NCBI GenBank assembly: GCA_049970895.1
Contig: JBMFMB010000004.1
Span: 1-64,000 of the forward strand
Direction: 5' to 3'
DNA: 64,000 bases
DNA from: Candidatus Bathyarchaeia archaeon
Lineage (GTDB): Archaea > Thermoproteota > Bathyarchaeia > Bathyarchaeales > Bathycorpusculaceae
The notes under the pieces are model-generated. The model did no database searches. It had not been told where the DNA came from and saw nothing but the letters and a program-made list of their open reading frames with translations. Each line of letters begins with the position of its first letter. The stretch's first letter is position 1. Below, piece by piece: positions 1-8,701 of the stretch. Made by a program: the position numbers and the translations under genes.

Positions 1-221
1 CTAGCATTCACTTTGTCAGTCTTAACCCTAGCCTCAGCAATAAGCCTGGTCTTGGAAGGTTGGAAAGAACAGCCCTACTCCATGCTCTCAATTTTCATCA
101 TGAAATCCTCAACGCCTTTCCTAGAGTTTCTGAAGCTGAACTTGCCCACTAGTTCTCTTTCATCATTCACTATGGCGGCCCTGCAAACCCTTTTATGCAC
201 GTCCACACCAACATACACCAT
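1..221 (-). pseudogene. IS110-family (DEDD) transposase, N-terminal remnant
   Basis: MVYVGVDVHK start with SD GGAGGTGA. TAG at 75-77, after which the same frame continues ..PSKTRLIAEARVKTDKVNA (KTDxxDA motif with D>N). The ExTG segment appears deleted. Runs off the window edge. Confidence 0.85.
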
Positions 222-420
222 GGCTTTCACCTCCTTTGAATGGTGGCTTGCAGGCGGCAAGCTCCTATAGGGCCTCAACACGGGCCAGTCAGGCAGCCGC
301 TTAACAAAGGCCCAGTCTAGCCTTAAGGGTCTCAAACGGACCAAGCGCGCACCGGGCCTAAGCCACCACCAACACCCACAACACAAACCCAAAAAGCGTT
401 TTCCATACCGTCTAGCGTGT
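222..420 (-). ncRNA. IS110 non-coding end, candidate bridge-RNA region
   Basis: GC-rich non-coding segment 5' of the transposase, bracketed by the inverted repeat TGGTGGCTT (241-249) / AAGCCACCA (360-368). Confidence 0.45.
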
Positions 421-474
421 TGCTAAATTCAGACAAAAATAGATTTTAATCTGTTTTCGCCTTTTTCTGTTATT

Positions 475-843
475 ATGTATTTGGATGGTTTTGATCGGAG
501 AATTATTGATGTTTTAAGGGTTGAAGGTGAGCCTATGACGCTTGCAGAGTTGGTTGGTGCCACTGGGTTTGCCCGTTCGACGGTGATTATCCATTTGGAG
601 AGGCTTTGTTCTGAAAGTATTGTTTTGAGGGAGAAAAAGCCTAGCGAAAGGCGTGGTAGGCCCAAATTCTTATATCGCCTTGCTGAAACACAAGCTTCTA
701 AAGTTATACCTCAACCCAGCATTGTCGCTATAGAATTTTTCAAGCTAAAAAGAATCTGCAAATACGAGAAAGGCGGATACTGCAAACTCGCCAAAAACAC
801 ATGCACAAACCAAAACTGCAGGTTGATCATAAAGCCAAAATAA
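475..843 (+). CDS. winged-HTH transcription regulator with C-terminal Cys4 cluster
   Basis: MTLAELVGATGFARSTVIIHLERL HTH, GRPKFLY wing, C-x7-C-x6-C-x4-C tail. Confidence 0.8.
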   Translation: MYLDGFDRRIIDVLRVEGEPMTLAELVGATGFARSTVIIHLERLCSESIVLREKKPSERRGRPKFLYRLAETQASKVIPQPSIVAIEFFKLKRICKYEKGGYCKLAKNTCTNQNCRLIIKPK

Positions 844-901
844 AAATCATTTTTGTCCATTTTAGTCTGAATTTCGCAACGTCCTAGCGCCAAAACAAGC
901 C

Positions 902-1105
902 ATGCCGCCAACTTACCACAAAGAAAGGCTGATAGACATAATAAGCGTCATAACAATAGGAGTATTTACCTTCAGCGCTATCTTTCTAACACAAGACCCA
1001 ACACAAATAAATGTTCACAGCGTAAACGCAACAGCCGTCCGCACAGTAACCTCTTGGACAATAATTTGTGCACTAATCACGATGATCTACAGAATATTTA
1101 CATGA
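902..1105 (+). CDS. small two-TM membrane protein
   Basis: 67 aa ORF with two hydrophobic segments. Confidence 0.45.
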   Translation: MPPTYHKERLIDIISVITIGVFTFSAIFLTQDPTQINVHSVNATAVRTVTSWTIICALITMIYRIFT

Positions 1106-1134
1106 CGTCCAGTGCCTGTCTAATCAACGGCAAG

Positions 1135-1210
1135 TGGTAGCCCGGGGGAGATTCGAACTCCCGTCAGGGGCTCCAGAGGCCCCCATGCTTGACCGCTACA
1201 CCACCGGGCT
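1135..1210 (-). tRNA. tRNA-Gln(CTG), CCA encoded
   Basis: AGCCCGG acceptor, GGGGC-CT-CTG-GA-GCCCC anticodon arm, GTTCGAATC T-loop, ends ACCA. Confidence 0.97.
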
Positions 1211-1269
1211 CCGCTTCACCGTCCAGCCCTTTTCATCAAGCATTAAGCATACCTACCAAAATAATAACT

Positions 1270-1827
1270 TTAACGTTTATACTTTAGGACAAATACGCCT
1301 GTTGTGGCTTGACATCCTGAACAAATGTAGAAAAGCATTTCGAAGCTAACCTTTGTGGCTATGACTGTGGCTAGTAGGGCTGCAACCGCCTCGGTAATAT
1401 CGTATATGGATTCGAAGATTCCAAGAACTGTTCCGCTACGCCTTTTTTCGCCCAGGTCCACTATTAGGGCTAGTAGGGATGGACGCTGAAGCGCATAGGA
1501 AACGCCAAACAAAAACTCGGTTATGTATAAGCCCGTAATGTTTGGCACATAAACGTAGCTTAGGGAGCATAAAGCACCCATTAAAACTCCGGCTGAGAAT
1601 ACGCGTTCCTTTCCATAAGAGTCTGAAAGCTTTCCAGCAACAACCTTGAATGTGGCGGCGACACCGCAGAAAAGCGCATATAGGAGGCCAACATCCATTA
1701 TTGTGGCTGAGAAGCGATTAACAACAAATATTGGGTATATGGGGCCTAGCAAGCCGACTCCTAAAGAGTATAGAGTACTTAAGGCTAGGGCGAGCATCAG
1801 CGAACGTGAAGACTTCAGCCTCAGCAT
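1270..1827 (-). CDS. MFS transporter, single 6-TM half
   Basis: Motif A GKLSDSYGKE. The ATG at 1827 follows SD GGAGG. About 185 aa. Confidence 0.8.
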   Translation of the reverse strand: MLRLKSSRSLMLALALSTLYSLGVGLLGPIYPIFVVNRFSATIMDVGLLYALFCGVAATFKVVAGKLSDSYGKERVFSAGVLMGALCSLSYVYVPNITGLYITEFLFGVSYALQRPSLLALIVDLGEKRRSGTVLGIFESIYDITEAVAALLATVIATKVSFEMLFYICSGCQATTGVFVLKYKR

Positions 1828-2035
1828 ACATGCTTCCTCCTGCTGAAGCCACCACGTCCACGCATATACCGCACATTTTAGGCATGGACGCAAGCATTTC
1901 GGAGTTGGCTTGCCTCCAAACTTAGAAGGGTGAAAATTTTCCGATTAGAAGGAAAAAATAAACTTTTTGGCAGAAGCTCCAAATCCAAGAATGTTCAAAA
2001 ATTCTGGTTAAACTGAAGATGTAAAAGCGGAAAAA

Positions 2036-2500
2036 CTATTTTGTGACTAGAACGGGGCATGGAGCATTTCTTATGACACCGTCGCTCACGCTCCCCAAGA
2101 TTAGCTCTTTTATTTTGCTTAAACCCCTTGCACCCATAACGATTAGGTCAAACTTTCCCTCCTCAGCAGTCTTAACAATCTCGTGGACAACGTGGCCCTC
2201 CCTAAGCACGGTTTCAACCTCAACACCCTCAGCCTTCACTTTCTCCGCGCCATGGGCCAGTATTCTGGCTCCAACCTCCCTAACGGTTTCAGCCAACCTC
2301 GAATATTCTGTAGGCGCCATTATTGGTATTCCAGGCGTTAATGTTGAGGGTTCTGGAACAATTACTGGTCTGACGCTTACCGAGTAAATGTGGATTAGGG
2401 TGATTTTTCCATCAAACTTTTTGGCTATTTGTATGGCTATGTCCAGTGCCCTTAAAGAGTGCTCTGAACCATCTAGGGGGACGAGAATTTTGCTAAACAA
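2036..2500 (-). CDS. universal stress protein (UspA)
   Basis: KILVPLDGSEHS ... LIVMGARG ... LGSVS ... APCPVLV. Confidence 0.95.
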   Translation of the reverse strand: MFSKILVPLDGSEHSLRALDIAIQIAKKFDGKITLIHIYSVSVRPVIVPEPSTLTPGIPIMAPTEYSRLAETVREVGARILAHGAEKVKAEGVEVETVLREGHVVHEIVKTAEEGKFDLIVMGARGLSKIKELILGSVSDGVIRNAPCPVLVTK

Positions 2501-2570
2501 GATTATCTCCGATCTTCTTAACAGACTTTTCTCTTAAAAATGTTATCTAAAAATGGGTTGGTGGTTGCGT

Positions 2571-2798
2571 TTAAAGAAGCGAAAAGTCTGTGGCTTTTAT
2601 CTTCCCCTTCGCGTCAATAACCACTTCGAATTTTTCAGCCCATGGATGCCCTTCCAAGTCTATGGGGCATGTGCCCTTAACAACCCAGCAACCGTCCCAC
2701 TGCTCGATCGAGGATACGTCTACCCTTTCAGTATTCTTCCTCTTTTTCAAGAATTCTATGGCGATTTGTTGGGCGTCCCTTTCCATGAGCACCTTCAT
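2571..2798 (-). CDS. small hypothetical protein (PepSY-like pattern)
   Basis: AQQIAIEFL ... WVVKG ... FEVVIDAKGKI pattern. Confidence 0.6.
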   Translation of the reverse strand: MKVLMERDAQQIAIEFLKKRKNTERVDVSSIEQWDGCWVVKGTCPIDLEGHPWAEKFEVVIDAKGKIKATDFSLL

Positions 2799-2961
2799 TT
2801 TGGTGCATCCTCCCTTAGCCTTCTTCAATAGTCGGAATAGTATTAAAAGTTATGAAGGCGTGATCATTAGCAAAACTAAACTTAGGCAAAAGCGGCGATA
2901 GGTTCAAATTTTATGAAATCTGTTTAACCAATTGAAAGTTTCCCTTGGAAAAGTCTGGTTT

Positions 2962-4044
2962 ATGACTGAGAAAAAGCGCATAATCCTCCACGTTGACATG
3001 GACCACTTCTTCACAGCCATAGAAGAGCGGGAGCACCCAGAATACCGTGGAAAACCAGTCATTGTTGGGGCAGACCCAAAGGAGGGGAAAGGCCGTGGTG
3101 TTGTAAGCACATGCAACTATGAAGCCCGCAAATATGGCGTAAGGTCTGGGATGCCCATATCAAGGGCTTGGAAGCTCTGCCCAAACGCCATATACCTACC
3201 GGTGAACTATGAGCTTTACGAAAAGGTTTCAGAGAGAATTATGGCTATTCTGCGGAAATACGCAGACAAATTTGAAAGCTGGGGAATAGACGAAGCCTTC
3301 CTAGACGTAACCTCGAGGGTTAAGGACTATGCAGAGGCAGAAGCCCTAGCCCGCCAAATAAAAAGGGAAATCCTAGAAAAGGAGGGGTTAACATGTTCCA
3401 TTGGCATAGGGCCCAACAAGCTTGTAGCCAAAATAGCCAGTGACTACCAGAAGCCAGACGGCCTAACAGTAGTCACAGAAGAGGAGGCTGAAAGGTTTCT
3501 TGCCCCGCTTCCAGTTCGCAAGCTTCTATGGGTTGGGCGTAAAACAGAGCAGAAACTCAAAGCCATGGGAATAAAAACCATTGGGGACTTAGCCCGCTAC
3601 GACCCAACAGTGCTGGCAGAACACTTTGGGGTTGTTGGCACCCAGCTTTACTTGATGGCTCACGGGATAGACAAAAGCGAGGTGGAGGAGCAACGCCAAA
3701 TAAAGTCCATAAGCCGAGACATAACTTTCGATGAGGACACATCAGACTTCAGCCTCGTCCTAAACACTTTGGAAAAACTCGCAGAAGAAGTTCATAACGA
3801 CCTCATGAGGCAGCAGTTATATTTTAAGACGGTTACTGTCAGGGTTCGCTACGAAAACTTCGAAACCCACACCCACAGCAGAACACTGCCCTTCATGACA
3901 AACCGCCTACAAGACCTAAAGAAAACAGCAAAAGAACTCATACAAGACTACCTAAAACCAGAAAGAAAAATACGGCTTATAGGCGTAAGAGTCTCAAACT
4001 TCATATCAGCCGAAAAACAGAAAACCCTCGACGCTGCCGGTTGA
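2962..4044 (+). CDS. dinB: Y-family DNA polymerase IV
   Basis: HVDMDHFF, STCNYEAR, GIDEAFLD, KPDG, RLIGVR motifs. Confidence 0.97.
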   Translation: MTEKKRIILHVDMDHFFTAIEEREHPEYRGKPVIVGADPKEGKGRGVVSTCNYEARKYGVRSGMPISRAWKLCPNAIYLPVNYELYEKVSERIMAILRKYADKFESWGIDEAFLDVTSRVKDYAEAEALARQIKREILEKEGLTCSIGIGPNKLVAKIASDYQKPDGLTVVTEEEAERFLAPLPVRKLLWVGRKTEQKLKAMGIKTIGDLARYDPTVLAEHFGVVGTQLYLMAHGIDKSEVEEQRQIKSISRDITFDEDTSDFSLVLNTLEKLAEEVHNDLMRQQLYFKTVTVRVRYENFETHTHSRTLPFMTNRLQDLKKTAKELIQDYLKPERKIRLIGVRVSNFISAEKQKTLDAAG

Positions 4045-4186
4045 CGTTTTGGACTTTTCTCCACATGTTTCATGTTTTAAATTGCAAACTCTTATATGGA
4101 GCTTCACAGCCATAGTGTGGTGCAAAACTGCTTTTCATTGGCGGCTTTTGCACAGAAAATAAAGTTAGAAGGAGTGAGTAGGCGAA

Positions 4187-4327
4187 ATGTCTGGTAAAGA
4201 GATGCATAAGGCAGTCTGTTCTGATTGCGGTCGGGAATGCGAGGTTCCCTTCATCCCAGACCCAAGCAGACCAGTTTACTGTCGTGAGTGCTGGATGAAG
4301 AGAAGAAATCAGAGGCGAAGGTACTAG
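4187..4327 (+). CDS. CxxC-x17-CxxC domain small protein (not in ORF track)
   Basis: MSGKEMHKAVCSDCGRECEVPFIPDPSRPVYCRECWMKRRNQRRRY*; SD GGAG upstream. Confidence 0.92.
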   Translation: MSGKEMHKAVCSDCGRECEVPFIPDPSRPVYCRECWMKRRNQRRRY

Positions 4328-4422
4328 TTTACGTTTAACCCTTTTATCTTAGCTCCTTATTTTCCCCTTTTAGTTTTATGTGTGATGCTTAAATAATAGA
4401 GAGGACAAGCATTTCAAAGGTT

Positions 4423-4918
4423 GTGGTTATTGCGGTTGAAAACAAGACTTTGATAGCTTACGTCACTAGAGGAGGTGCCACAGAAGAGGTTGCCATAAAA
4501 TTGCAGAGGGTTTTAAGGCAAAAATATGGTTTTGACGTTGACATCATTAACCTTAGGAAGAGTCCATCGCCAGATATTTCTCCGTATAGGAACGTGATTG
4601 TTGGGAGCGGTGTTAGTTCAGCGAGTTTACAAAGAGGCAGTAAATTTTCTTAAAAGGAACGATTTCGGAGGGAAAAATGTTGCCCTTTTCATTTTATGCT
4701 TGGAGGCTGGAAATCCGAAAAGCTACAAAGGCGCCGTGAAAAAGTACATTCAAAGGTTGTTGGAGAAGTTTCCCCACGTGAAACCCGTTGCAACAGAAGC
4801 CTTTGGCGGAAGAATGAAAATTTTGGGCTTTACAATAGCTGATGCATGCGATTTTGGAAAGGTTGAGGCATGGGCGGAAAGCCTGGGAGAAAAGCTTCAG
4901 GGCGTAAAGAAGCCTTAA
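4423..4918 (+). pseudogene. flavodoxin-domain (HemG-like) protein, frameshifted
   Basis: LIAYVTRGGAT...VIVGSGV in one frame continues as VQRVYKEA...AFGG...VEAWA in another. The shift is near 4612-4617. Confidence 0.8.
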
Positions 4919-5460
4919 GGTGGCAGTTTGAACTCCCATCGGCACCACAAATCCTTTGGATGAGAGTCCGGCGGGCAGACGAGGCAGTTAACCTCAACGT
5001 TCGGGTTTAATGTCTTTGCAAAGTTCTTCAAGTAGCCAAACCTAACAAGCTTGCATGGAAACTCGCCCAAACCCTTGCTTAGCCTAGCCTCCTGTGTTCT
5101 GCAACGGTTTATACTCAAAACGGCTCTTTCTGCGGAAACCTCAACCGTTTTGAAGGGCTGGTCTAAAGCCCAACTTGTCAAACGCAAAAGCCCCATAATA
5201 GTCGGGATATCAGGATTTTCGCCCACGCCAAACATTCTTTTTAGGCTTTTTGCTTCAATTGCCGCCATAGCCTCCCAAACACCAGTATCAATCTCCGTCG
5301 CCGCCCTAGTTCCAAATTTCTTTTCTATTCCGAGGAAGTATAAGCCGTCAACCCGCCACAAATTTCTAATCTGCAAAAAGAAATAGTCCAAGAGTTTTTC
5401 CACGGGCATTTTAGCCAACAAATCGCGGTCTTCAAGGCTTCCTGGAGGATACTCGCCCAT
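4915..5460 (-). CDS. DUF6125 / V4R-like small-ligand-binding protein
   Basis: W..DGLYF, CRTQEAR, PCK, CLVCPPD, WCRWEF pattern. Confidence 0.8.
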   Translation of the reverse strand: MGEYPPGSLEDRDLLAKMPVEKLLDYFFLQIRNLWRVDGLYFLGIEKKFGTRAATEIDTGVWEAMAAIEAKSLKRMFGVGENPDIPTIMGLLRLTSWALDQPFKTVEVSAERAVLSINRCRTQEARLSKGLGEFPCKLVRFGYLKNFAKTLNPNVEVNCLVCPPDSHPKDLWCRWEFKLPP

Positions 5461-5579
5461 GCTTTTCACCATTTTTCGCTGTTTCTTTAGGCTTAAGAAT
5501 AAATAATCTTTTAAGGTTAACCCGGAAAAGTAAGAGGCAAAACCGAAGCAACCAAACAAGCTGGTGAAAAGTCTTGGAC

Positions 5580-6374
5580 ATGCAGTTGTTAAGGGCGATT
5601 ATTCTGGGCATCATCCAAGGTTTGACGGAGTGGCTTCCAATTTCAAGCACTGGGCATTTGAGGCTTGCTGAGAGGTTTTTGGGCTTGACGGTTCCATTGC
5701 TTTTTGACGTTATCCTTCACATCGGAACATTAGCCGTTGTAATCGCCTTTTTCAGAAGCGACATACTGATAATCCTATCAGCCCTAAAACGCTTAGATTT
5801 CAAGTCTGAATATGGAAAGTTTATCCCGCTCATAATTGTTGGAACCATACCAACTACTATTATCGGATTTGCCTTTCAAATGTTTTTGAAGAATATTTTC
5901 CAGGAAATTTCTGTTATTGCAGCGGCTTTTATTTTGTGTGGTGTGGTGCTTTTTCTCGCCGGAATTGGAAGGGAAAAAGCGGATGACATTGGCTTTTCGC
6001 AAGCATTTTTGATTGGCGTCGCCCAAGGCGTGGCAGTTGTTCCAGGGCTTTCAAGAAGTGGCTTAACAATTACTGTGGCGCTTTTGCTTGGAGTTAAGAG
6101 GGAAAAGGCTTTTAAATTCTCCTTTTTGTTGTCGATCCCAGCCATTATAGGTGCTTTGGCGCTAACTCTCTACGAGCAGCTTGGTGCTTTGGCGGCTTCA
6201 AGCTTTGGCTTTGCCGAAACAGCCGTCGGCGTAGTTGTGGCTATGGTTGTTGGTTACCCTGCCCTAAAACTTCTATGGAAAACCGTTGCTGGGAGAAAAT
6301 TTCATCTTTTCGCGTTTTATTGTTGGGTGTTGGGCATATTCCTAATGGCTGCTTTAGGTTTGCATGTCCTCTAG
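5580..6374 (+). CDS. uppP: undecaprenyl-diphosphate phosphatase
   Basis: QGLTEWLPISSTGH and PGLSRSG motifs. Confidence 0.95.
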   Translation: MQLLRAIILGIIQGLTEWLPISSTGHLRLAERFLGLTVPLLFDVILHIGTLAVVIAFFRSDILIILSALKRLDFKSEYGKFIPLIIVGTIPTTIIGFAFQMFLKNIFQEISVIAAAFILCGVVLFLAGIGREKADDIGFSQAFLIGVAQGVAVVPGLSRSGLTITVALLLGVKREKAFKFSFLLSIPAIIGALALTLYEQLGALAASSFGFAETAVGVVVAMVVGYPALKLLWKTVAGRKFHLFAFYCWVLGIFLMAALGLHVL

Positions 6375-7787
6375 CCACTTCGGCTTGCCGGACAAGAACT
6401 TTGTTAGAAACTTTGCAAACTCGCTGTCTTTCTTATAGATTTCAGCTATTTCCTCGTTAACCAAAATTTTGAATCCGTTCTGCTGGAGCACTTGTGCGAT
6501 TTCTTTGGCTATTCCAGCCTTTCTTCCACCGTCCTTCAGCCTCTCGTACAAGAGGGCTGCTGCGTCTGTGTGCTTTCGCCTAATCTGGACAACCCATCTG
6601 CCGTCTTCAATGTAGGGACCAGCCACAGTTCCAGCATTGCCAGCATACTTTGCCAGAAAGTTTTTACATTCATGTTCCTTCTCCATTGGTGGTCCCAAAT
6701 GCCTTTTTACTGGTGGTAGGTAGCGGCTTTCAAGTTCGAATATGAAGGCGTTTAGGTCTTTCTCGTTGCTCCATGCTGTGCACCGCAGTAAGCCAAAATC
6801 GTTTAGCAAAAGAAGCTTTGCTAGTGAACGCTGGGATTTGTAGAGTTGCCCCCACAAAACATCTGGAACGGCTTTAACTTCTCCAAAAACCACGAAAATT
6901 GTTGCTGAACCGCGGGTGCTTATTTTTGCTTTAAGCTCCTTTGTTGTTAGAGGTTTTGTTTCTGGAGGGTAGAAGAATTTTAGGCTTGGCTTTTCAAGGA
7001 AGGCTCTGGCTGCCGCCACAAAATTGTAAAGTCTTTGGGGCTGCACTGCTGAAGCCACGTTTCTTCCCTTGTCAACTGGGTCAACTATCACTAGGGGTTC
7101 GCCGAATAATAGTGGAAGCTCGTCTTCTCGTCCCCTATAATGATTTTCTATGTCTACAATTATGCGCCTTTTGTGCTGGGCGAAAGCCTTCAGAGTATTT
7201 GCAAAATTTCCATAATAGATTATTAGTAGTTCGCATAGGTATCCGCTGAAGCCCCCAACCTTGATTTCAGCCCCATATACACCTACGCCCTTCATGAACC
7301 TTTTCAGCAGGCGAACTTCGCCTCGCATTTGGCTAGTTAGACGCTTTTTCACATAGTCTGTGTGATATGGGGTTCGGTCTGTTGCGCTCAACCACTCTCC
7401 GGGCTTAACGTCGTAGCATGGAACTATGTTAACCCTAACATCGTCAAAGAAAGCCTCCAAGTAGGGATGTTCGGCAAACCTTTCCACTTGCCGCATGCCT
7501 TCCGTTGCCTTTCTAGCTATCTTTAGCGCTACATCACTCAAAGATGTGCGGGCTATGCTAGTCGGCAAACGCATGAAAACATCTATTTCGGGCTCTTCGC
7601 TCAGCCAAGTGTCCTTAGCAATAGAACCCTCCAAACGCACTGTTGCCTTGACGCCGAAATCCGCCGCTGCAGAAGCCACTTTGGCTTCTAGTTCCTTTGC
7701 CAAAGCCTCTATTTTCTTGCGTTTCTCATTGGTGGGTGTAACTCTTTCAAGAACCGCTTTGCAGACCTTTTCCAGTTCTGCAGACAT
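6354..7787 (-). CDS. cca: archaeal CCA-adding enzyme
   Basis: GSIAKDTWL..EIDVF, AEHPY, DRTPYH, GGFSGYLCE. Confidence 0.97.
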   Translation of the reverse strand: MSAELEKVCKAVLERVTPTNEKRKKIEALAKELEAKVASAAADFGVKATVRLEGSIAKDTWLSEEPEIDVFMRLPTSIARTSLSDVALKIARKATEGMRQVERFAEHPYLEAFFDDVRVNIVPCYDVKPGEWLSATDRTPYHTDYVKKRLTSQMRGEVRLLKRFMKGVGVYGAEIKVGGFSGYLCELLIIYYGNFANTLKAFAQHKRRIIVDIENHYRGREDELPLLFGEPLVIVDPVDKGRNVASAVQPQRLYNFVAAARAFLEKPSLKFFYPPETKPLTTKELKAKISTRGSATIFVVFGEVKAVPDVLWGQLYKSQRSLAKLLLLNDFGLLRCTAWSNEKDLNAFIFELESRYLPPVKRHLGPPMEKEHECKNFLAKYAGNAGTVAGPYIEDGRWVVQIRRKHTDAAALLYERLKDGGRKAGIAKEIAQVLQQNGFKILVNEEIAEIYKKDSEFAKFLTKFLSGKPKWLEDMQT

Positions 7788-7802
7788 AAAAAGCCCCTTT
7801 TA

Positions 7803-8378
7803 CTATTGGCTATTTTTGGGGCAGTATTCCCTAATCGTGGAGTATATGGGGCCTTTTGGCGTTAGGTCGCTTCTCTTAAGCCTCAAACACTCAGCCCTCA
7901 CAACTCCAAACTCGTAGTTTGCATTTTCCACCAAAAACTTTACAAGGGTAGCCTTATTCTGCCAACTTTTAACACGGGCAATTGTCATGTGGGGGCTAAA
8001 ACCCTTAGGGTCTGGAGCAAAACCCAAACTGCGCAGGTAAGGCTCAAGCTGGCTGAAAATGCTCCGCAACTGGTTAGCGCCCTCCCTTATTCCGGCCCAA
8101 ACAACCCTTGGATAACGCATGTCTGGAAAGGCGCCAATCCCTTGAATCTTAATGTCGAAGGGCACGAACTGAACCTTCTGCATGCCTTCAAATATGCGGT
8201 CAACCATGCTTAGGGTTATGTTACCTAAAAAGCGCACTGTTATGTGGATATTCTTTGGCTCAACAAACTTCAAATCAGCTCCAGTCTCGGTCAGCTTTCT
8301 CTGCATCTCTGTTATTTTTTCCAGGACACTTGTGCTTTCAATGTCAAAGGCTATAAAACTCCTTATGGCTTCCGGCAT
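7803..8378 (-). CDS. thpR: RNA 2',3'-cyclic phosphodiesterase (2H family)
   Basis: Two HxT motifs (HITVRF, PHMTIAR). Confidence 0.95.
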   Translation of the reverse strand: MPEAIRSFIAFDIESTSVLEKITEMQRKLTETGADLKFVEPKNIHITVRFLGNITLSMVDRIFEGMQKVQFVPFDIKIQGIGAFPDMRYPRVVWAGIREGANQLRSIFSQLEPYLRSLGFAPDPKGFSPHMTIARVKSWQNKATLVKFLVENANYEFGVVRAECLRLKRSDLTPKGPIYSTIREYCPKNSQ

Positions 8379-8562
8379 GCGTCCAACTCCTTCGCATAAA
8401 TGATAGGCTACTCCCATCATAAATGTTTTAACATTTATAAGATCCTCCCACGTGTTTTGCGGAAGAGGCGCAAACAATCTGGTTACAGTTAACATTTTTA
8501 TTTTTGTTCTGCATATGCCTGTATATGCCTATCATAGCACATACGCGTATGAAAATGCGAGC

Positions 8563-8639
8563 GCCTCGGTAGCTCAGCCTGGTAGAGCAACGGCCTTGTA
8601 AGCCGTAGGTCGCGGGATCGAAGCCCGCCCGAGGCTCCA
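8563..8639 (+). tRNA. tRNA-Thr(TGT), CCA encoded
   Basis: GCCTCGG/CCGAGGC acceptor, ACGGC-CT-TGT-AA-GCCGT anticodon arm. Confidence 0.96.
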
Positions 8640-8701
8640 CTTTAAGGCACAAATAAGCCTTAATAATCGTGCTTCTCCTTCCTACAAGTGGTAAAAAGCA
8701 A

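Noticed and set aside
75-77. In-frame TAG in the IS110 ORF as possible pyrrolysine or readthrough
   Set aside because: Coincides with a deletion of conserved residues; decay explains it.
1134-1349. 71-aa plus-strand ORF
   Set aside because: Antisense reading of tRNA-Gln.
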